Source: Adineta vaga (lineage: Eukaryota > Animalia > Rotifera). From it: a stretch of 64,000 nt of DNA. The notes under the pieces were generated by a model, which was not told the DNA's origin, searched no databases, and saw nothing but the letters and a program-made list of their open reading frames with translations. Position 1 is the first letter of the stretch; each line of letters starts with the position of its first letter. Positions 1 through 10,500 of the stretch are shown here, in pieces. Made by a program: the position numbers and the translations under genes. The stretch is from positions 1,426,001 to 1,490,000 of the forward strand of contig CP075495.1 of the NCBI GenBank assembly GCA_021613535.1, in the 5' to 3' direction.

Positions 1-151
1 TTCATGCTTGAAATATGATTTCCATTTTTGGCGCACAGCTAGATTCAACAAAACAATCACAAACGTCCATCTGGTTTTTATACACATATTTATTGAAAAA
101 TCTCTATCAAATGATCTGATGTATAGTGGTCGACCACGAAAAGATGGTTAA

Positions 152-232
152 CCCTTTCGAGCCGGATGTATCCATATGGATATATTTTGCCGTAGGGGAT
201 ACAGCATTTTCCAAATAGCCGGCCGGAAAGGG
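152..232. mobile_element. 81-bp piggyBac-type miniature element (MITE)
   Basis: TTAA at 148-151 and 233-236. Ends CCCTTTCGAGCCGG ... CCGGCCGGAAAGGG form a 14-bp TIR with 2 mismatches, starting CCC as in piggyBac. Confidence 0.75.
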
Positions 233-467
233 TTAAAAAACTGACATAAGTATCGTACCTATTCTGTCAATTACCTGAAGTGCAGTTTTTTCTATCAATT
301 CCTTACTATATTCTATACTCAGAAGTCGTAAATGATTCAAATGGCATATACAACCCACGAACACTAGCCCATTCATTAGTTTCTATCACCCTTTTAAAGG
401 GAGATATACACTAAGATATTTATCTTGGAGCGAGAGGTAAATAACAATGGTGGAATCGATTCCATAG

Positions 468-747
468 AACTAGCATCAGATTCAAATTCGTTAGTATCGA
501 TAATTTTTTATAGAATTTGACCAAACACTCATGAAACATTGAGTTTTCTGAGAGGGAAAGATCAAAATAGGTCTCAGATAAATAATTCATCGAAAATTAG
601 CATCGGATTCGGAATCCTCGATCCTGGTTACCCTTCCGTGAACCCTTACATGGTAGTATAATAACTTATAATTAGTTAATTAGTTAATTCATTAATCAGA
701 ATTTTGAAAAACTAACATCAGATTCGAGATCCTCGACCTCGATTACC
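468..747 (+). repeat. Three degenerate direct repeats, probably internal repeats of a non-autonomous element
   Basis: AACTAGCATCAGATTC (468), AATTAGCATCGGATTCGGAATCCTCGATCC (595), AACTAACATCAGATTCGAGATCCTCGACC (710). Confidence 0.5.
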
Positions 748-2079
748 TTCGGTGGATCATTTCCAGATCGCCATCATTAAGTTTTCAGTAGTTTAGAAAA
801 TGCTGTAATCTGATTGGCTTGGACAAACGCACAAACTTTTAGCATTTTATTGACCATATTTTCTACGCTATAACCCTTTCTTGCAGAAAAGGGAAAAATG
901 AAAACTGTCAAATAAGAAGAGTAATAAACATGGTCACATGAGAGACCTTTCCTGTTGAGAATAACATTCATGTCAGGTCAAATAGATTGATCAATTATTT
1001 GCTTTCAATAGAATCCAAAAGTTTCGTTCATTTTGCTGCATTACTTCAATCCGTTTCTACTCTCAAAATCAATGAGTTCAATCGACAATAACCGGAAAAA
1101 CGTCAAATGAAACAACTAATTATTTAACTGAATGTACAATGAAGAGAAGAACATTCGTAGACTTGTTTTATAGAGATAATGGGTGTTCCGAAAGTCGCTT
1201 CCATGTAAATATTTCGTATATCTTTCCTATTTTATTTACACTTATCAACCAATTTTGTTTTTGGAAGAATAGGGAAATACACTGAGTTTTTATTCATTTG
1301 AATAAACTTGATATGTATTGTTCCAAAGTATAAGACTTTGATTGGAAATAGAAAAACGTCACGTGTTTCCTATTTTGAGAAAAATATTACGTAAAATATC
1401 ATTTCTTTTTCTTAATTACTTAAACTTATTGATTAGTTTGGATGGTTGAATAGTTCAAGAGACTTTTCACAAAATTTTATTTGAGTATGTCTTCGTAAGA
1501 ACGAATTGAATCGTAACAAGTCAATATTCAAACTATTAAAATAGACATCACTCATGAGCTTTTTTGAATATACAAAATTGTCAAAATTTTTGTTTTGAAT
1601 CGTATTCTTATCTTTGAACAATACTTCTCAAGTTGGTTCATATGGATAAAAAAACTCCATGTATCCACTTATCAGTTAACAAAAATAATTCATGAGGTTA
1701 AATCAGAAAGGATTAATGTACTAGACGAATCAAAATACGTTTTATTTCTGATATACATAAAATAGTTTGTCTATCGTTTACTTAACTTCATTTCGTATCT
1801 GTAAATAGTTAAAGTATTTATGCTCGAGGGTTTAGGCAGATGCACACTCGAAAATGGTCGGAAAAGTGTAACCGTCGACGAATAAATCTTATATTCATCC
1901 GCTACTTAGATGTTGTAGTAGACACTATCTTTCTCCTCTCTTGTTTCTTTTCTTTTCCTTTCTCTTTCTCCTTCTCTCTCTCTCTCTCTTTCCCTCTTTT
2001 ACATCCATTGGGTTTTCTTCGAATACACATATCGTTTCAGATAAATCCTGTTTTTATCTTTATTTTGATTCGTATCAAC

Positions 2080-2643
2080 ATGAGCGAAAGTGAAGGTTCA
2101 CGAAAGGCTACTGAAGATGATGGTAAACCATCTGAATCTGATACAATTCAAAAGATAATTAAATTTTGTGGAGAAGTGCGATCAATCTCATCAACGTATT
2201 ATTTTAGAACTCAGACCTTAATCACGAACGCTATCAGGTAATAAAATCGAAACGACTTCGATAAAACGGTTTTTTGTTTCTTTAGAAGGTGCAAATCGAA
2301 ATTCGAGAATGCGAAAACAAAGTAAAAAGATCTAGTTTAGTTCTTCATTAAAGACCTTTTTTTTCTCTGTTTTAGCTTTGGACTGAACGTGAATCATACA
2401 ATGCTACATGGGCTTTGATCAATTCAAAGGAGAAATCGGTTAAAGACTTGGAAAAAAAGATAGAAACTTTACAACATGAAATTGCAGCACTGGTGATTGA
2501 AGAGAGTAGTATCGCTGACTCAATGAAAAGAATTCAACAAAAGAAAGGTAAAGGAGAAAAACAAAACATAGAATTCTGAATGTTTTTTGTTTTTTTTAGA
2601 AGCACTTGAAAAAGAATTATCACCATTTCAGATGAAAAATTAA
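2080..2643 (+). CDS. Small multi-exon coiled-coil protein, function unknown
   Basis: ATG 2080 (MSESEGSRK...). Later exons flanked by GT/AG encode heptad-like KDLEKKIETLQHEIAAL. Last exon ends ALEKELSPFQMKN* (TAA 2641-2643). Confidence 0.55.
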
Positions 2644-2799
2644 TTTTATTTTCTTTTCTGTTTTTGAAAGAGAACATTTGAACAAATAACGAAACGATTC
2701 GATCTTTTTTGTTTGTTTCTTTTTTTCTCAAAAGAATAAATTATCATTAGCATCATATAGATGAAAAGGATTTCCTTTGAATCTATCTAATCAGTAATA

Positions 2800-3720
2800 G
2801 AATAGACGACCAGCATCTAAGAAATAACCTGGTAGAGATTGATTTTTCGATGGTGTCCAATGTTTATTTTTTTCGTCACTGACCAACCATCACAAACAAA
2901 ATTTGATGTTTGATTTGAATCAAAACATGCTAAACTCCATCCAGCATTACCTGTTGATGCAAAAAATGGTACCCAAATATGTGTCGATCGTTGATATAAT
3001 ATTTTAAAATATCGACTGTTTTATAGAATGGAATATCTTTTAGCGCATAGTTGATTAAGAATTCTTTCCATTTGGATGAAATTCGAGAAGCATTTGTTTG
3101 ACTATTACGAACAATATCGTAGAGTTTTAAGCCAAGATGAGGATGATTTTGACAAATTGTATATACCCATCCAAGTTCACATGAAACTCCAGCAGATGAT
3201 TCATTATTCATTTGATGATAGATTAAATTAACTAAATCCGTTGTTGTATAATGAATTTTTGTCAGTGGATATTCATCTTCATTCCAAATGAAGTCAAATC
3301 CTTCATTATCATAAATCATCACCAGAAAGACTTTCATAGAGTGTTATTAATTGTAATAGATGTCCACTATACATGATATTTTCATAATAAATAGAATCGG
3401 GAAATAATTTGAATAGCTAATTCACGATAATTCGGTGTTCGATGAGCTAATGCTGCTGCTGTATAACCAATATGTGCAAGAGGAAATCGAATCGAATCTA
3501 AATCTAATTGTGGTCCATTGTAATTTTGTTCCTAACCATGCCAAGTGACATTCTTCATTGGTGTCGTTTGCATGTATTTTAAATATGAAATAAATCGAAT
3601 TAATTTCAATTCTTTTTCAGATAATATTTGATTTGTATCTGTGACATGATTACGGGTGTTCACAAATGATACCAGGAGAATATTAATTGAAGTAATCAAT
3701 TGAAAATAATTGGGTATTAT
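2800..3720 (-). pseudogene. Linalool dehydratase/isomerase (Ldi/LinD)-like pseudogene
   Basis: Manual translation across frames: SIRFPLAHIGYTAAALAHRTPNYRELA...PDSIYYENIMYSGHLLQLITLYESLSGD..YD...AGVSCELGWVYTICQNHPHLGLKLYD, matching Ldi motifs ENIMYxGHL and GxxCEPxxxFxxCN. In-frame TAG at 3532-3534, frameshifts near 3403 and 3312. Outer boundaries approximate. Confidence 0.7.
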
Positions 3721-4350
3721 TGATGAAACTACTGAAACAAGTATGTCAACAGGTTATCTGCTCGTTTCACCACTTTGATGAAGTCATATGACATAGAGAT
3801 GATAAGAATCAAAGTGAAAGAAGGTTTTTGATGAGAATAAACATTGATGTTATCTTTTTGCTTGTTTTCATGCCATACATCTCACTCAGAAATATCAGAG
3901 ATTAACCTAATTATTGAAAGAATTCGAAGAGACAACAATCAATTGATAAGTTATTGCTAAAATTTATCGTTGACTATACCGACTATCGAATCAATGTGTT
4001 TCTCTGATAAAACTTTAACTAAAATCATTCATACAATGGATACTATTCGAATACTTTCTTTTAAATAATTTCATACCAACATCTAGTTAAATGAGAACAA
4101 AGAGAAAGAATGTTTTGCATTTTGTTCGTTTATTATGTTTGTGGGAGAATCGAAATAGATCTCTACAACAGCAACGAAAGATGGAAAGTACAGTTTGATT
4201 ATGTTAATTTTAATAGTTTGTCATGGCGTGCTGTATTTCAACGGAACAATGAAAGTTTTTTGTTTTAATATGGTTAGATAGAGCATCACTTACTCTATCG
4301 ATAAATACCATTTGCTTTCTATTATCTTTGACTTTATATAGAAAAATCAA

Positions 4351-5624
4351 CAGATCTCAAACAAGTACGAAAAAAATTTTTTGCACTTTTGTTCACACCA
4401 TATTTCTTGTTTTTTTTTCTATTATAAATATATAAAGAAAAAAAGTTCTACAATTACAGACGATGTTCGATATGATAGCCTCGAGCATTATATATCTTCA
4501 AAACTCTTTTCTGTCTTGAAGCTAATACTCGGTCAATAAAAAGTTGATCCATCTTTCTCCATTGAATTAAAAGTTTTCTTTTAAATTCATCCAGAGACTT
4601 TGTTTCTGTTCTGTTCAGTGGTTCTTTCAAATAACTCCATATTGCATAATCCATCGGCGCAGCATCTGGAGTACTTGCCATCCATTTTTCTGGTTTTATA
4701 TAATTAATTTTGCTTTCGTTCAAAAATTGAATTATTTCTTTTGAAGTATAACTTGGTGCTGAATCTTGATGAAAATACCATTTTTCTTCATCATCATTTG
4801 GAAACAAACGTGATATATCTCGAGTTAAAAATAGTTTGAGAACCTTGTTGATATAATAGTTTGAATTAATTTTTATACCATGTGGAACAAAACGAAGTGC
4901 TGTTTTTCCTTTCGATGAAATTCCTCGCCATACCGTAACATCTTTTGGCCAAGAAGTATTTTGTTCAATAATCGTTAGGTGGTAATTAGAATCGATTTTT
5001 CTAATGTAACATACTTTTCGTTTTCCGCTACTTGCATCTAAGTGAAACCAAGCTTCGTCTGATGTCACAAAACGTTTGTATCGATAATTCGCTAATTGTC
5101 GATAAAATGGACGTGATGTTTGATGCTGTTAATTAATGAACTTTTTTTTTCTTTCGAAGAACGAATCCAGAATTTTTAATAATGTTCGAAACAGTACACT
5201 GACTAATATGAAGAGATTTAGCAATAGAACGCTGAGTTGGTGGATCTTCAATATTGATTTTTTTTATCCCTTTGTTGATATTTGATGTTGTTTGTAATGG
5301 TTTTCTTCGACAAAGAACAGGGGCGGATAAGCAATGGAAAATGGGCCCCAGAGAGTTTGTCGGTAATTCATCAGTAATCTGTTTTAGGAAAGTGAAATAA
5401 GCTTTGTAAGAGCAAATTCAAGTAGAATTACGTAGATTGAATCTTAAATTTAGATAAAAATATGGTGAGTCATTGCATAGGGCACTTAGGACCTATAATT
5501 GCTTTTTATTGTATTCATTATAGTTTGATATTTGAGAATATATATCTTCATTAGAAAGAGTATGTAATTCTACATCGTTTTGTATAAACCTATCAATTTT
5601 TTACGAACTTGTCTGATCATCATG
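4351..5624 (-). mobile_element. Decayed Tc1/mariner-superfamily transposon, DD37D (maT-type)
   Basis: ORF 4454-5068 has SDEAWF...HQDSAP...PDAAPMDYAIW with 37 residues between the 2nd and 3rd Asp. 5' part is frameshifted. Degenerate TIR candidates at 4351-4378 and 5595-5624. Confidence 0.8.
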
Positions 5625-6096
5625 GTCTCCCTTTTATATAAAGCACCATGTCATTTAAACATAATTCAAGTCTTTTGGATACTTTTCTTTCGCGAGCAGA
5701 TTTCTCTTATGTACCATTCGATAGAGCGAATCGAGGGCTACAATCTCATATACAATTCATATGATTCCAGGGTTGGCCCATACAGTTTATTTCGACTATA
5801 ATGGTCGGAACTGGCAAAAATAGCAGTTTTAGTCTAGTTTCACGTGGTTTTTACAAGACTAGCCTGTTTTTTTGACAAGAGAGAATGATATATTTGAAAT
5901 CAGCATAAAAAACTGAATCGATCTGTATAGTTCTGAAAACCATCAGATGAGTTTCATTTTGCATAAAAAATGTTGCCCTGGTACGCGCCTCAGGAATAGG
6001 TCCAAAAATGAAATTCAAGAAACCACTGTTTCAACCGTGAAAAAGACACTGTCAAGCTTCACAGTAGAAAATATAGTCAATAAAACAGTTAATTAA

Positions 6097-6615
6097 CCGG
6101 TTGGCTACGGGAGTATCATATATGATACTTGAGTGTTAGCGGTGATATTCGTGCAAGTAATCAGGAAGTCTATCGTCTTTCGCGTTATCTCTGTTACTGT
6201 TACCACCTTCTATGTGATTTAGTAACACTAGAATTATGTAAAGATGCGTTCACATGACTGTCCCTTGTCCAGTTCTCAAACACATTCTCAAACAGAAACC
6301 AGGGGTAGACCAACATCAACAACTGCACTACTCAGGTTAACTGCAAGACACTTTCTCTTGCCGATTTCAGCACCAGACACGCAGTTAGCACCTAGGAGAA
6401 AATGTGTTGTCTGCAGCAACACTGAGACGTCCGAAAAGAAAAGATGTACTCTCACGTTATCAATGCACAAGGTGTGATGTGTGCTTATGTCTTGATGATT
6501 GTTTTAAAGATTTCCATACTCTACAAAATTTTTAAGAACAAATAAATATGTATTTCAACATTTGAAACGTTTTGGATCAAATTGTATCTGAAAAATTAAA
6601 CCCGTAGCCAACCGG
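6097..6615 (+). mobile_element. Internally deleted piggyBac element (519 bp)
   Basis: Perfect 15-bp TIRs CCGGTTGGCTACGGG / CCCGTAGCCAACCGG with TTAA on both sides. Interior encodes the frameshifted C-terminal Cys-rich domain RHF...RRKCVVCS...YQCTRCDVCLCLDDCFKDFH. Confidence 0.92.
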
Positions 6616-6619
6616 TTAA

Positions 6620-7077
6620 GCAACGTTGAAGTACTTTATTCTTTAACAAGTGTTAATAAACGACTTCATCAATTTGTACTTGATCCGACTTTTACTACTC
6701 ATCTTGCATTAATGCAATATAATCGATCGACCCATCTTTCATCTCCATCTACTAATGAAGTGCTCTATCGATTCTGTTTGGAAATCTTACCTCTAATTTG
6801 TAATAGAATTAAATGGTTCACACTCGAAACATTGTCTATAGAACGTATTCTTCTTGCTGCAAAATATCCGAATTTAACTGAACTTGATATTTTCATTATG
6901 AACGATAAAACTGACATAGATTTGTTTACAAGTAAGATCATTGGCTTTGACTATTTCTAGCATCCATTGAAAAGAAGTTATAAAATTAATATGGTTCATA
7001 TGAGTTACCAAATATTTCCATCTACTACAAAAAAATCATAGAGAATGAATTTGTATTTATATTCAGCTAAGTCGGCT
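6620..7077 (+). pseudogene. F-box-family gene fragment, truncated at both ends
   Basis: SNVEVLYSLTSVNKRL...RFCLEILPLICNRIKWFTLE...ILLAAKYPNLTEL is the post-F-box segment. Donor GTAAG near 6932 and acceptor TTCAG at 7066; the next exon breaks off after ~11 nt at telomere-type repeats. Confidence 0.6.
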
Positions 7078-7312
7078 TGAGGGTGAGAATGAAGATGTGA
7101 TGGTTAATGTTAGGGCGACATCGCCCAACTCTTCCTGTATTCTTTCTCGTCTCTTTCTCTTCTATATATACCTATGTAGACTTTTTAGTTGTTAGAAATT
7201 CGAATGAATGAGGGACGAAGATTGTCCAACTCAAACATCTCTCTTTATCCCTACCTAACAATTAAGATAACATATTTACACATCAATCTCACCCTCACCC
7301 ACACCCACACCC
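7078..7312. repeat. Inverted, head-to-head interstitial telomere-type repeat tracts
   Basis: TGAGGGTGAG at 7078-7087 and CTCA-CCCTCA-CCCACA-CCCACA-CCC at 7288-7312. TGAGGG and TGTGGG are known bdelloid telomeric hexamers. Confidence 0.65.
7108..7260 (+). mobile_element. Putative solo LTR (153 bp)
   Basis: Starts TGTTAGG and ends CCTAACA (TG...CA, 7-bp inverted termini). Internal TATATATA. Flanks GTTAA/ATTAA give a 4/5 TSD match. Orientation tentative. Confidence 0.55.
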
Positions 7313-7476
7313 GTCGTCTACATTTCGAATATCTTGAAGCAATAGAAAAGTTAAATATTCCATCCAAATCAGAAGATTCAACACAAGCAATTAAATCTAT
7401 ATATCCACAAACATTTAATCGAATTAAACAAAATACAACAACAACAAAATCTTCTCGTATTTTTCCCTTAGAATAA
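7313..7476 (+). pseudogene. Orphan 3' coding fragment starting directly at the telomere-type tract
   Basis: RRLHFEYLEAIEKLNIPSKSED...SSRIFPLE* has coding-like composition, no start codon or acceptor, and a downstream AATAAA (7508). Confidence 0.4.
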
Positions 7477-7546
7477 ATGTAACAGAAATGTTTTTTTATT
7501 CATATTAATAAAAATAATCATATAGAAAAGATATCATCATCAATTT

Positions 7547-10500
7547 TTATTTATTGAATAAAGCATAGCGTCGTTGAATACGTGATAGAAATTGTGTAAA
7601 TTCTTTTTTATAAATTGGTGATGGGAGAACAAAAACAATAAATATGAGTATTGATGGTAAGAATGAAATGAAATATGCTGATAGATATAACCAGAAATAA
7701 TCAGATGATTTCTTACAATTTAATTTAAATGAAATAACTAAACGTGGTAATGACAAGATTAAAAGAAGAATAGGACTTATTAATAGATGTTTATGTTGAT
7801 TGAACTTAGTCATAAAATGATTTGTAAATTTATGTTGATTTTGTGAAATAACACGTTGATGTGCTGTGCCAATAATGATAAATAATGCTGAGAATAGATT
7901 GATGATAAATGGTGAAAAAAAATGAAAAAATAAACTAAATGAATTATAATTATTCAATAATTCTGAATAGAGAGTCACACACCAAGTACGATCTTCTCTT
8001 TTATCATAAAATAAACGTAAATTTAATGTTTGTGGAATAAGTAAAATCATATTAATGATAATAACACAAATAATAATCCATTCAGCCATTTGTTTACTTG
8101 CTTTTTTTCGAAAGGAAACACCTTTAAATACTGCAAATGCTCGTTCACTTGCAACACAAGCATTTAACCAATTATTAACATTTAAGAACAATTTCAATAA
8201 AGGTTCAATAATCATACAATTAGTAAAACGAATAAAATTTTGTCCAACAAAATCTCGATATGAATAAATAAGAAACCAAAATTTCAATGCAAATAAAATC
8301 ACAATACACAAAGAAATAATTGATGATGCGAATAAATAAATTCCACAACCAACTTCTTGTGATGTTTTATTTTTAAATACAATTATTGAAAGAATACTAT
8401 TACAAATACCTGCTAGAAGTATAATTGTTATTATTAAAGCACATAATTTAATTATAAATGATTGTTTAATTAAATTAACATTGGATTTAATTTCATAGGT
8501 TAAAATTTCATCTAATGTTAAACCTAAACCTTTACTATAGAATTGACATTGATTACCATAGAAACAATCTGTACATACACAAATAATTGTTGATGGACAT
8601 GTTGGATGATCTTGTAAACATTGACCACCATTGAAACAAGTATGTTTAGATGAACATTGAAGATGATTTTCATTAAATTGAAATTGAAAACAATTTGCAT
8701 GATGATCTTGTGTACAAAAACAAAGATAATATTCATCAATAAAACAAGAGAGAAGAGAATTTCTTTCACATAAAATATGATAAAATTTCATTCGTTGAAA
8801 ATGTAACATTGTCATCATTGTTGAATTAAATAAAGATTCAATAGGAAAACATTGTTGTAATGGATTGATTTGTGTTACGAGATTAAGATTTAGATGTGAT
8901 TGAAGAACAGCAAGATAATAGTTTTTATTTGATCGAACGACAACAATATGATATGGAATAGATATACGAAAAGTAACCATACGTTGAAAAAGTGTTAGTT
9001 TTTGTATCATAATTGTTAATGTTGGTTCAGAATCATTTGAAATAGTAAAGAAAAAAGCTAAGAGATACGATGGAATTTCTAAATTTTGTAAAAATATATT
9101 CAATTGAGCTTTACGATATTGACATCGAGAACCATAATAATATTCCGAACAAATACAAGAATATTCTTTCGTTGATATACTCATCAGATCCGAAGAAATA
9201 CATTGTCCATTATTTTCACAAGCATTTTCTGGACATAGAGAAGTTAAGGAACATCGACGACCAAATTTCATCAATGGACAAATACATATCGAACGATTAT
9301 TCATAGATCCAATACATAAAGAATCTATTGAACAATCATGACAAACGATGGGTATATTACATTGATATCCTGTCCATCCCGGAAAACATTGACAGAATGA
9401 TTTGTCTTCTCTATTGATATATTTCATGCATTGACCATTTTGACATTGGATGGAACAATATGAAATTGAAGATAAGGATTCCGATGGTATAAATAAAAGT
9501 GTAGATATTCGATTGACAGGTAGGAAAAGAAAAGGTATTGATAAATACCAACTTGCATGATAATTCATCGTATGTTTTTCATAGATATCAATTTGTATAT
9601 AATAAGTTTTTGAATGATCTTTTGGTCGTGTTGAAAACAATAAATAAATATTATATTTCATATCACAACTTTGACTTGGAATATATTCTATAAGTTCATA
9701 AGAATGAATATCTTTTAATGAACTATTATTATTATCATTGATTAACATTAGAATAAGAATATAAACATCGTATCGTTCTGAACTAATCATTCCTATTGTC
9801 AAACTAATTCGTTCATTTTGATATTGACAAAAATCACCATAATAACTTGGTGGACACATACAACGATATTGATTTTTTGTTGATTTTATTCTAATAGTTA
9901 ATCCGCGATTACAAGACCATGGTGATATCGAAGAAATCTTTTGTGAATAATGATATTCTCGAATGATATGTTGTTCAAATTTCCATGGAAATGTTTGATT
10001 GAATGCGATTTGTTGAGGATAATTCGATGATGTATGAATAGAAAAATGGACAAATTTCTTTTGTTCAATTTCATTAAAATAATGAAAAATTTCTTTCAAA
10101 TTTGTTTGATTTTGACAGAAAAGTTCATCATCAGCAAGTGGACATGATGAAATATCATTACAAACTTCTGATAATGATAAACATACATCTGTATTTTGAC
10201 AACGAAAACGTTTTGGATTAAGATTCGATGGATAAACCCGTCGACAAAATTCCATTTCATCCATTGAACCAAGACAATCACGAATCCCATCATTAATCTT
10301 TTCTGATGTTAAACAAATCAATGTATAATTCACTGGTGATATACATGAATATGTACCGTGTGAACATTTACTTGGAAAACAATTTTCTTCATCTTCACCA
10401 TTTGAACAAGACCAATATCCATCACATATTGTGTAAATATTTTTACATGGCCAATAATGACAATCTGATTCATCTGTATAAATTTGTCCTGTTTTAGAAT

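Noticed and set aside
468-747. Repeats considered as a CRISPR-like array
   Set aside because: Only three degenerate copies about 120 bp apart, eukaryotic context, no cas genes.
5700-6060. Probable fragment of another non-autonomous repeat
   Set aside because: No matching termini or TSD identifiable by eye.
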